Source: a virus
Taxonomy: Duplodnaviria > Caudoviricetes
DNA: 25,120 nucleotides
Strand: one strand, 5' to 3'
IMG/VR virus record: IMGVR_UViG_3300043469_000446
Coordinates: 1 to 25,120 of that record
The notes beneath the pieces were generated by a model. The model had not been told where the DNA came from and searched no databases. It worked only from the letters and a program-made list of their open reading frames with translations. How positions within the stretch are numbered: the first letter of the stretch is position 1; each line of letters starts with the position of its first letter. This document shows, one piece after another, positions 1-6,402 of this stretch. The position numbers and the translations under genes are program-made.

Positions 1-1
1 T

Positions 2-202
2 ACAGGCGAGTTTAATGGAATGATTGCTGGTAATGCGTGGGGTGCTTTCAATGCACTAACTGAACGCCTTGATTGGTATCGTTCTGCTCGTGGTGGTTCT
101 AACGAATCTATCCTTGCAAGCGCAAGTGGTTTTGACCCTGCTATCAACGCAGAAAAGAATCGTTTGCTAAAAGTTGTGCAAAATGTTTTGCAGATTGCAT
201 AA
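2..202 (+). CDS. DUF932 / phage-plasmid LGT-type protein, C-terminal part (5' truncated by window)
   Basis: Frame is open from the window edge. The motif GNAWGAFNALTERLDW is typical of the DUF932 C-terminus. Confidence 0.7.
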   Translation, partial: TGEFNGMIAGNAWGAFNALTERLDWYRSARGGSNESILASASGFDPAINAEKNRLLKVVQNVLQIA

Positions 203-210
203 ATAAAAAA

Positions 211-238
211 GTTCCTGAGCAAGAATAAAAACTGCTCA
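211..238 (+). other. Small H-type pseudoknot/hairpin just upstream of tRNA-Asp
   Basis: GTTC(211-214) pairs with GAAT(223-226), and TGAGCA(216-221) pairs with TGCTCA(233-238). The two stems interlock around an A-rich loop. Confidence 0.45.
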
Positions 239-246
239 CCTTAATT

Positions 247-320
247 GGTCTGTTAGAATAGTTGGTTAGTTCGCCACCCTGTCACGGTGGAGGTCACGGG
301 TTCAAGTCCCGTACAGATCG
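247..320 (+). tRNA. trnD: tRNA-Asp(GTC)
   Basis: Acceptor GGTCTGT/ACAGATC; anticodon arm CCACC-CTGTCAC-GGTGG; T arm ACGGG-TTCAAGT-CCCGT; discriminator G; no encoded CCA. Confidence 0.95.
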
Positions 321-373
321 CAAGAAATTTTCGAAATTGTGATATAAAACACACTTTACGATTACGTAACAAG

Positions 374-402
374 TTGCATTTTTCCACGATTTCGGCTACA
401 AT
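374..402 (+). promoter_or_regulatory. SigA/sigma70-type promoter, leaderless
   Basis: TTGCAT-17-TACAAT with ATG 6 nt downstream (409). Confidence 0.7.
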
Positions 403-408
403 TAGTAT

Positions 409-564
409 ATGACTACCACTACAAAACCATACACCATAGGCGAACTCGTAGATGAAATCTACAATGACAACTACTCACATCTTGAATTCATGGATAACAT
501 GGGTGGAGACTGTGACTGCGTAATACATACCACCATGCAAACTATCTTAGAATACTGGGGATAA
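409..564 (+). CDS. Hypothetical small protein (51 aa)
   Basis: MTTTTKPYTIGELVDEIYNDNYSHLEFMDNMGGDCDCVIH...EYWG*; directly follows a promoter. Confidence 0.7.
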   Translation: MTTTTKPYTIGELVDEIYNDNYSHLEFMDNMGGDCDCVIHTTMQTILEYWG

Positions 565-566
565 CA

Positions 567-719
567 ATGTTAGGTTATACTGAAACAGATATTGCAGTAA
601 TGACAGATGCAATGGAAGACGCTATCAAATCAGGTAGACTCTCTGATGAAATCACAGATGGCCTGGAGAAGGCTATGTCTTTCTTTGATGGCCTATGGTC
701 AGAAGGGTACTTTGACTAA
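567..719 (+). CDS. Hypothetical small acidic protein (50 aa)
   Basis: MLGYTETDIAVM...FFDGLWSEGYFD*; TAATG coupling to the next gene. Confidence 0.7.
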   Translation: MLGYTETDIAVMTDAMEDAIKSGRLSDEITDGLEKAMSFFDGLWSEGYFD

Positions 720-943
720 TGTGGAACTGGACTAAGTATGATTATCTATGTACTGACTGTGATGCATTGATTGAGATAACTACCCTGAAAGATAGGTCTG
801 AATGTTTTCAACCTCTTTGCACCTGTGGATCTGTTAATGTAATTAATATTGGGGTATCAGACGGCAATGCTCCCCTCTTTGAACCTGTGATTGAAGTCAC
901 ACCCCCACAACTTGTAAAAATCAACACCAACCCGTATACTTAG
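719..943 (+). CDS. Zinc-ribbon protein
   Basis: YDYLCTDCD...CTCGS Cys pairs. Confidence 0.7.
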   Translation: MWNWTKYDYLCTDCDALIEITTLKDRSECFQPLCTCGSVNVINIGVSDGNAPLFEPVIEVTPPQLVKINTNPYT

Positions 944-947
944 TATT

Positions 948-1112
948 ATGAACAACATTATATATACCCGATTTGCCACCTTTACTGATTACGACTGCAC
1001 AGTCTGCAAAAATAAACTTAATGTTGATGAAGCAGATAACTTTATGTTATGCCATGGATGTTATTGTGAAGTCTTTGACCCTGCCCTAAGAGAGTCATCC
1101 CAATGGACCTAA
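948..1112 (+). CDS. Small Cys-rich protein (54 aa)
   Basis: CTVC...CHGC; preceded by TTGTAA(912)-17-TATACT(935). Confidence 0.6.
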   Translation: MNNIIYTRFATFTDYDCTVCKNKLNVDEADNFMLCHGCYCEVFDPALRESSQWT

Positions 1113-1264
1113 ACATTTTACGAGAGTACTTAAAAATTCACCTGATTAGCCTTCAACAAGACCTAGAGAAGATTGACTATGTAAATGGACATCATTTCTA
1201 TAAGATTAAAGAAGCAGAGATTGATACCGTACTACATATACTAGGAGTAATGGATGAGCGATAA
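1103..1264 (+). CDS. Hypothetical protein (53 aa)
   Basis: MDLNILREYLKIHLISLQQDL...; overlaps both neighbours in operon fashion. Confidence 0.65.
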   Translation: MDLNILREYLKIHLISLQQDLEKIDYVNGHHFYKIKEAEIDTVLHILGVMDER

Positions 1265-1493
1265 GTATCCTTTCATACCCGAATATTTAGTGAAGTCACT
1301 TGAAGATGTGACTATCCCATTAATTGATGTTATCCACGGCTACCTAAAGGTTGAAATGCTGGAGACAGAAGAAGTCATGGACGGAGACAATGACGATAGA
1401 TTTTTGGAAGGGTACCTACAGGCCTTGACAAATACATATGTCATGACCTATAATTTATCTATAGACCGCAAACACATAGAGGAGAAGCAATGA
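1254..1493 (+). CDS. Hypothetical acidic protein
   Basis: ORF track; GGAG Shine-Dalgarno upstream; ATGA overlap with the next gene. Confidence 0.75.
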   Translation: MSDKYPFIPEYLVKSLEDVTIPLIDVIHGYLKVEMLETEEVMDGDNDDRFLEGYLQALTNTYVMTYNLSIDRKHIEEKQ

Positions 1494-1708
1494 CCCCGCA
1501 AGAAATGTTAGAACAGATGATTGACAAGGCAACCTTTGATTTCCTTGGCATTGCAAAGGAAGAAGAAGATGGCGGCTACTCAGACGCAATGCTATCTATG
1601 GAACGCACATATGCTGATGGCTTTGTAGAAGGTTTGTCAGCAGCCTACCACCTTGTTTATGATAAGGAATATATTTCATCTGTAGCATTGGATGAATCAG
1701 ATGAATAA
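1490..1708 (+). CDS. Hypothetical acidic protein
   Basis: ORF track; GAGGAG SD; YADGFVEGL motif. Confidence 0.75.
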   Translation: MTPQEMLEQMIDKATFDFLGIAKEEEDGGYSDAMLSMERTYADGFVEGLSAAYHLVYDKEYISSVALDESDE

Positions 1709-2147
1709 CGAACGCTTCATTGAATTGACAGAAGAGGAATGGTTTGACACTTATAAACCTATTAAGAATCACATTGAGGTTACCTCTTCATTTGATGGCC
1801 ACATGTTTGAGACCTATGGCCCTGAAGTAGAATTCGTTAAGTCACAGGACACTGATAAGATATGGATGTTTGGTGACGGAGACGACGGTGGCATGTACAT
1901 CTGGAGCGGTTGGGGATTTGTTAACCGCATAGGATATTTTATTACTGAGGTGCCTTGTCCACCTGACACGACCATTCAGATTCAAGTTGGGGTACCTTGG
2001 TATTACTGCGAGAACTGTGATTCAGAGTTAGAGGACCCTGATAATATTATTAGAGATGCATTTCAAGAAGTTGATTTGGAAAAATGCCCTAACTGTGCTA
2101 CCCTTGAAGAAATGAAACTTACAGGACTGGAGACCCAAAATGCCTAA
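1692..2147 (+). CDS. Conserved-looking phage hypothetical protein with C-terminal zinc ribbon
   Basis: FETYGPEVEFV...GWGFVNRIGYFITEVP core followed by CENC...CPNC. Confidence 0.8.
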   Translation: MNQMNNERFIELTEEEWFDTYKPIKNHIEVTSSFDGHMFETYGPEVEFVKSQDTDKIWMFGDGDDGGMYIWSGWGFVNRIGYFITEVPCPPDTTIQIQVGVPWYYCENCDSELEDPDNIIRDAFQEVDLEKCPNCATLEEMKLTGLETQNA

Positions 2148-2286
2148 CTATGAAGTTGAAGTAATCTTTGAACCCACTGGCCACTTTATGAATTTTACAT
2201 ATGAGGCTGAATCAGATAATGAGAAAGACCTCTGCAATGAAGTATTAAACCAATTATCAATTGTATCTTGGAAGGTAGACGAATAA
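2140..2286 (+). CDS. Hypothetical protein (48 aa)
   Basis: MPNYEVEVIFEPTG...SWKVDE*; GGAG SD; TAATG coupling. Confidence 0.7.
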   Translation: MPNYEVEVIFEPTGHFMNFTYEAESDNEKDLCNEVLNQLSIVSWKVDE

Positions 2287-2648
2287 TGGGAGCACGTATT
2301 AATTTTGTATTTAAAGACCGTGAAGACAAGCCTGCAGTAGTGCTATACAGTCACTGGGGTCAGGATGAATGGCAGCGGGACCTAGCAATGGCGTTAGACC
2401 ATGCACGGCCACGTTGGGGCGATGAGTCATACCTAACACGTATGGTTATTAGTTATCTTATGCAAGATAGTATTCTAGAGTCAACAGGTTTTGGCATTTA
2501 TGCTATTAATGATACATCGTCTGACCTAGGTGATCAAACCGTTATTGTTGACATTATTCAGGAAGTAGTTATTGACGGCAACGTTAAGGCTGATTGGGAC
2601 CTATTTGTACAGGCGTATAAGCCTGTCGCTGCGCTAGTGGGGGAGTAG
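2286..2648 (+). CDS. Phage hypothetical protein (LYSHWG motif)
   Basis: MGARINFVF...VLYSHWG...RWGDESYLTRM; start reassigned to the coupled ATG at 2286. Confidence 0.8.
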   Translation: MGARINFVFKDREDKPAVVLYSHWGQDEWQRDLAMALDHARPRWGDESYLTRMVISYLMQDSILESTGFGIYAINDTSSDLGDQTVIVDIIQEVVIDGNVKADWDLFVQAYKPVAALVGE

Positions 2649-2666
2649 GGTCACTCTCGCACTTAC

Positions 2667-2710
2667 GGTGGGGGGCGAACTGTGGTGGGTTGCCCTCCAC
2701 CTTTCTTTTT
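2667..2710 (+). terminator. Intrinsic terminator
   Basis: GGTGGGGGGC...GCCCTCCACC stem followed by TTTCTTTTT. Confidence 0.75.
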
Positions 2711-2718
2711 GGTATAAT
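2690..2718 (+). promoter_or_regulatory. SigA-type promoter overlapping the terminator
   Basis: TTGCCC-17-TATAAT, then SD GAAGGGG and ATG at 2736. Confidence 0.6.
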
Positions 2719-2735
2719 GGATAGAAGGGGACTAA

Positions 2736-2972
2736 ATGACTTTTAGGATTAGTAAGGGTATAACGCCAGAAGAGCGTGTTGCCATGAGAATTAAAACTAT
2801 CATAGAAGACCTGAACTTAGACCTTGACCAGACAGGAATTATGTTGGCAAGGGTATTGCCACACTTGACATACAATAGATTAATTGCTATGATTGAGAGT
2901 GCCCAGTATGAGAAAGAGGGTATCTTAGACCCTAACCTACAGAGAGAGCGGTGGAGAAGTGGACTTTGGTAA
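2736..2972 (+). CDS. Hypothetical protein
   Basis: ORF track; promoter and SD upstream. Confidence 0.75.
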   Translation: MTFRISKGITPEERVAMRIKTIIEDLNLDLDQTGIMLARVLPHLTYNRLIAMIESAQYEKEGILDPNLQRERWRSGLW

Positions 2973-3228
2973 GATTGCTATTATCCTTTCACAGATTAAT
3001 ACAGACGCATTAGAGTTAGAAAATGTAGAGTATCTACCTTCAGAGTTTTGGGTAGACTTTGAGGACGGGCTAGGTCTTGCAGACTTTGTTGCTGGTAGTT
3101 GGGCAGAGCCTACAGACATGGGCAAGTCACAGTTAGAATTGGTTTGGCGTACTCTTTGTGACATTAGAGAGATTGACCCTGAGACAATGTATGACTCACC
3201 TGCTGACTTTTTCAAGGCACAGGTATGA
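2959..3228 (+). CDS. Hypothetical acidic protein, paralog of 3225-3503
   Basis: MDF...IL...DGLGLA pattern shared with the downstream gene; GGAG SD. Confidence 0.7.
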   Translation: MDFGKIAIILSQINTDALELENVEYLPSEFWVDFEDGLGLADFVAGSWAEPTDMGKSQLELVWRTLCDIREIDPETMYDSPADFFKAQV

Positions 3229-3503
3229 CAGACTTTGCAACCCAGTGTGTAATCCTGGGGGAGTTATATGAAGGCTATAAAGAAGAAAAAGATTTCAGGG
3301 CATTCATAGAGTTTAACGATCTTGGTTTACCATTAGCATATCTAACTGCCCAGGGATTAGTTGTAGAGGTTTCAGATGATGGACGCAGATACATTGCTGA
3401 TACATTTGAAATGTTTCTTAAGTCTATTAAACTAACTGAAGATGACATTATTGAAGGCATGACCCTTGATGAGGTTTTAGAAATGGCTGCTGCCGAAGAC
3501 TGA
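3225..3503 (+). CDS. Hypothetical acidic protein
   Basis: FIEFNDLGLPLAY motif; ATGA overlap. Confidence 0.8.
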   Translation: MTDFATQCVILGELYEGYKEEKDFRAFIEFNDLGLPLAYLTAQGLVVEVSDDGRRYIADTFEMFLKSIKLTEDDIIEGMTLDEVLEMAAAED

Positions 3504-3513
3504 GATTTTTCGA

Positions 3514-4036
3514 CAAACCTTTCAACCATCAAACCTTATTACGAATCGAAGATATTTTTCCCAGGATTCTAGACATTACGAACGATCTAAAAATTTTGCA
3601 GGATTCTAGCATATCAAACCTTACATGTCAAACCTTTATATATCAAACCTCTATATCCAAAAGCCAGAATGTATGGTTTGTTATTCCTATAGGGGTATTA
3701 CGAACTCTCTTATTTATCCCCCGCCCTGCAATGATTCATAATACTATCAGACATTCTGCAGCGGGGGATCAGAAGATATACCAAACCCCACAGTATAAAA
3801 GACATTACGAAGGACATATATTTTTCCCTGGATTCTAGAATATTATCAAACCTTTATAGATTTTTATGTAAGGTTTTCTACATTTTTCTCACATTTTCCA
3901 CAGGTTTTATATAGGGTTTTGTTATCAAATTGTTATCAAATATACTTGACAATATAGAGGTTTGGGAGTATAATCCAGGCAAAGGTTTGATATGTAAGGT
4001 TTGGGGATGTGAGGTTTGGCCGCTGTGACATTACGA
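3514..4036. repeat. Non-coding repeat/palindrome-rich element
   Basis: 3x 35-nt ATTACGAA-N18-GGATTCTAG (3538, 3575, 3804); 7x CAAACC and 5x GGTTTG; inverted repeats 3615-3637/3981-4003 and 3644-3656/3952-3964; hairpin 3716-3769. Confidence 0.85.
3946..3974 (+). promoter_or_regulatory. Perfect consensus SigA promoter with no adjacent ORF
   Basis: TTGACA-17-TATAAT. Confidence 0.75.
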
Positions 4037-4123
4037 GCCCCCTCTTATAAATGCTCAATAACCCACTATCCTCCACTTTCCTCCACTCTAAGATAAATCT
4101 AAAAAATATCAGTAACATTTAAT

Positions 4124-4176
4124 TGTGGATAAACCTGTGGATAACTAACATTTTCACGGTATTGACATGTGGATAA
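4124..4176 (-). promoter_or_regulatory. Three perfect DnaA boxes (TTATCCACA on the minus strand)
   Basis: TGTGGATAA at 4124-4132, 4136-4144 and 4168-4176. Confidence 0.7.
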
Positions 4177-4196
4177 CTGTGTGATATCCTTGATGT

Positions 4197-4319
4197 ATGA
4201 CCTGTACAAAGTATGGCTGTGACTATGAACTAGACCTTGATGGTCAGGTAACATGTACTGTTTGTGGGGCTATGGATGATGATAGCCAACCAGTAAACCT
4301 TGAGGAAGACTTTAAATGA
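4197..4319 (+). CDS. Small Cys-rich protein (40 aa)
   Basis: MTCTKYGC...CTVCGAM; TTGACA(4162)-17-TATCCT-6-ATG. Confidence 0.6.
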   Translation: MTCTKYGCDYELDLDGQVTCTVCGAMDDDSQPVNLEEDFK

Positions 4320-4402
4320 AACCTTTTCTAATCATTATGCTAGGCATATTCCTATTCTTAAACTACATGGCCTATCTTCAACAAATCCGTATGTCTGGAT
4401 AA
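4316..4402 (+). CDS. Small membrane peptide (28 aa)
   Basis: MKPFLIIMLGIFLFLNYMAYLQQIRMSG; ATGA overlap; GAGG SD. Confidence 0.5.
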   Translation: MKPFLIIMLGIFLFLNYMAYLQQIRMSG

Positions 4403-4407
4403 ACCAG

Positions 4408-4725
4408 TCAAACCTCTTTAATCGCCTTATTAACCATACGGATCAACATTCTCCTGGTTACTTTACTTGCATCAAATGTCTCCGTATATCCCCCATGAGG
4501 CATTTGCTCTTTAGTTAGATAGTATCCGTATCTATCCCTTAGTGTTCTTAGTACTATAGTTTCTACTTCTTTTGCCTTATACCGTTCAAAAAAATGCCAA
4601 TACTTAATTAAGATCCAACCATGCTGTCTGTGGCTTGCAAACCTTTTACCTGAGATATCTGATATGCCTATCTTAATAGCCCTGTGTGTTGGACTGTATA
4701 ATAAATATAAGACTGCTTGCTCCAT
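4408..4725 (-). CDS. GIY-YIG-like / T5orf172-type nuclease-domain protein
   Basis: LYLLY...IKIGIS...KRFASH...AKEVE...GGYTETF; TATAAT 6 nt upstream of ATG 4725. Confidence 0.75.
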   Translation of the reverse strand: MEQAVLYLLYSPTHRAIKIGISDISGKRFASHRQHGWILIKYWHFFERYKAKEVETIVLRTLRDRYGYYLTKEQMPHGGYTETFDASKVTRRMLIRMVNKAIKEV

Positions 4726-4752
4726 GCATACATTATAGGCTATACTAAGGCT

Positions 4753-4917
4753 ATGCCATCCAAAAAGGAAAAACAGGATTTGCAACAACAATATTTTCAG
4801 AAAGTAAGATTAAATAATAAAGAACTCTGGAGCCTATGTTATATATGTTCTAAACCCAGACATTGCTTTGATACTGTAGAGAATATCCCTATGCCTGTGT
4901 GTAAGGAACACTGTTGA
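4753..4917 (+). CDS. Small Cys-rich protein (54 aa)
   Basis: CYIC...VCKEH; TATACT(4741)-6-ATG. Confidence 0.6.
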   Translation: MPSKKEKQDLQQQYFQKVRLNNKELWSLCYICSKPRHCFDTVENIPMPVCKEHC

Positions 4918-4948
4918 TATACCGTTTCAAATTTGCTATAATAATAAC

Positions 4949-5182
4949 ATGACGTATGTAATTACAGAAGCATGCATGGATGTGATGGATAAGTCCTGTA
5001 TTGAGGAATGTCCAGTAGACTGTATTAAAGTTGGTAAAAATATGCTTTATATTGATCCAAATGATTGCGTTGACTGTGGTGCTTGCGAGCCTGTGTGTCC
5101 CGTTGAAGCCATCTATTACGAAGATGATGTCCCTGCTAACCTTGAGCATTATAAGGATATTAATAAAAACTTCTTTGCTTGA
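4949..5182 (+). CDS. fdxA: 7Fe ([3Fe-4S]+[4Fe-4S]) ferredoxin, actinobacterial FdxA type
   Basis: MTYVITEACMDVMDKSCIEECPVDCI...YIDPNDCVDCGACEPVCPVEAIY; TTGATA-17-TATAAT-6-ATG. Confidence 0.95.
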   Translation: MTYVITEACMDVMDKSCIEECPVDCIKVGKNMLYIDPNDCVDCGACEPVCPVEAIYYEDDVPANLEHYKDINKNFFA

Positions 5183-5213
5183 CATGCCGTTCAAAAATTG
5201 ATAGACTTAGTGT

Positions 5214-5786
5214 ATGGATACAAAGGTTTGTCGTAAATGTCTTATAGAGTCTTCTGTAGACAATTTCTACAAGAACTCTGCAAAGTGCAAGCCCTGTGCC
5301 AAAGAGTATGCTAAGGCTTGGGCAAAGGCTAATCCAGAGAAGTATAAGATTCAATGGCAAAAGAAAAATAAAAGTCGTTGGGTACAACAAAAGCAAGATC
5401 AAGCCTATATGCTTAAAAAGGCTATCTATCGTCAAGAAAATAGTGCAAGGCGTGTGGCTACGGCTAAGGCTTGGAATCAAGCAAACCGTGAAAGATTTAC
5501 CCTTCATGTAGCAAACTCTCATATTAAACGTAGGATAGCCAAAGATGCTAGAACCTATAAAATATTAGATAAAGAATACAAAAGGCTATATAACTCTCCC
5601 TGTGCTTTTTGCGGTGCCACAGAAAAGATTACGATGGATCATATTATTCCCATATCTAGGTCGGGAAACCACTCAATTGGAAATCTACAGCCTCTCTGTA
5701 GGAGATGTAATTCAAGTAAAAAGAGTAGGCTTGTCTCAGAGTATAAATACTATTTGAGCAAGTTGAAGTCTGTTAACCAAGGGTGA
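5214..5786 (+). CDS. HNH endonuclease
   Basis: N-terminal CxxC pairs; CAFCG...MDHIIPISRSGNHSIGNLQPLCRRCNSSK; TTGACA-17-TAGACT-6-ATG. Confidence 0.92.
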   Translation: MDTKVCRKCLIESSVDNFYKNSAKCKPCAKEYAKAWAKANPEKYKIQWQKKNKSRWVQQKQDQAYMLKKAIYRQENSARRVATAKAWNQANRERFTLHVANSHIKRRIAKDARTYKILDKEYKRLYNSPCAFCGATEKITMDHIIPISRSGNHSIGNLQPLCRRCNSSKKSRLVSEYKYYLSKLKSVNQG

Positions 5787-5824
5787 GTCGTTAGACTCAG
5801 GGGAAGGTTTGCTACTCTATTTTG

Positions 5825-5861
5825 CGCCGAACTTGACAAACTATCCGCCGAACTGTATAAT
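5825..5861 (+). promoter_or_regulatory. Consensus promoter with a 9-bp direct repeat
   Basis: TTGACA(5833)-17-TATAAT(5856); CGCCGAACT at 5825 and 5846. Confidence 0.75.
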
Positions 5862-5867
5862 GGAATT

Positions 5868-6011
5868 ATGACAAGCCAAGAAATTTCCGAACTACTAAAC
5901 AAAGAATCCTATCGCATTTGGGACACTACTAAGGTTATTAAAAATCAGGACTATCATGATGGTCTGGTCCGTGGTCTAAAAATGGCTGCTATTTTAGTTG
6001 GTAAACTATGA
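5868..6011 (+). CDS. Hypothetical protein (47 aa)
   Basis: MTSQEISELLNKE...DYHDGLVRGLKMA; leaderless start. Confidence 0.7.
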   Translation: MTSQEISELLNKESYRIWDTTKVIKNQDYHDGLVRGLKMAAILVGKL

Positions 6012-6187
6012 GCCTAGATGATATGTTATTGCGAGAAGAAATTGCAAGGGCTATTGAAGCAATACCTCTTGGTGAAGAAAATGCTCAACTAAATGCAGTT
6101 GGTATGCGTATGCTTGCTGCAAAGGTTGCAAGAGGACAAAGCAACTACATAACAAGCATGTTTGAAAACCAGTTAGATTTTGAGTAA
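6008..6187 (+). CDS. Hypothetical protein (59 aa)
   Basis: MSLDDMLLREEIARAIEAI...NAVGMRMLAAKVARG; ATGA overlap. Confidence 0.7.
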   Translation: MSLDDMLLREEIARAIEAIPLGEENAQLNAVGMRMLAAKVARGQSNYITSMFENQLDFE

Positions 6188-6192
6188 ATAAA

Positions 6193-6402
6193 ATGTGGTC
6201 ATGGATATTAGCAGTTATTGGTGTAACAGGCATCTTCTTTGTTGGTCGTAAAACCATATGGGGATGGTTTGTCTTACTATTTAATGAATGTCTTTGGATA
6301 GCCTATGCTATTCATACAGATCAATATGGTTTTATTTTTAGTGCCCTTGCATATGCAGCAGTCTACATTAAATCTTATCTGCATTGGAAGAGAGAAGAAT
6401 GA
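6193..6402 (+). CDS. Small 3-TM membrane protein, PnuC-like half repeat
   Basis: Hydrophobic; GRKTIWGW...W..Y....QYG...Y..W pattern. Confidence 0.65.
   Translation: MWSWILAVIGVTGIFFVGRKTIWGWFVLLFNECLWIAYAIHTDQYGFIFSALAYAAVYIKSYLHWKREE

Noticed and set aside
3538-3838. 35-nt repeats as a CRISPR mini-array
   Set aside because: The inter-repeat gaps are 2 and 194 nt, the repeat interiors vary, and no cas genes are present.
3596-4118. ORFs 3596-3838(+) and 3936-4118(-)
   Set aside because: They are translations of the repeat element (QTF/PNL repeats), with weak starts and no SD or promoter fit.
4124-4176. Bacterial chromosomal oriC
   Set aside because: There is no dnaA/dnaN/rpmH context, and all flanking genes are phage-like.
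4408-4791. Longer starts for 4408-4791(-) and 4717-4917(+)
   Set aside because: They would overlap each other, and the leaderless promoters support starts at 4725 and 4753.
5214-5786. HNH gene as part of a group I intron or intein
   Set aside because: It is free-standing with its own promoter, and no interrupted host gene is visible.
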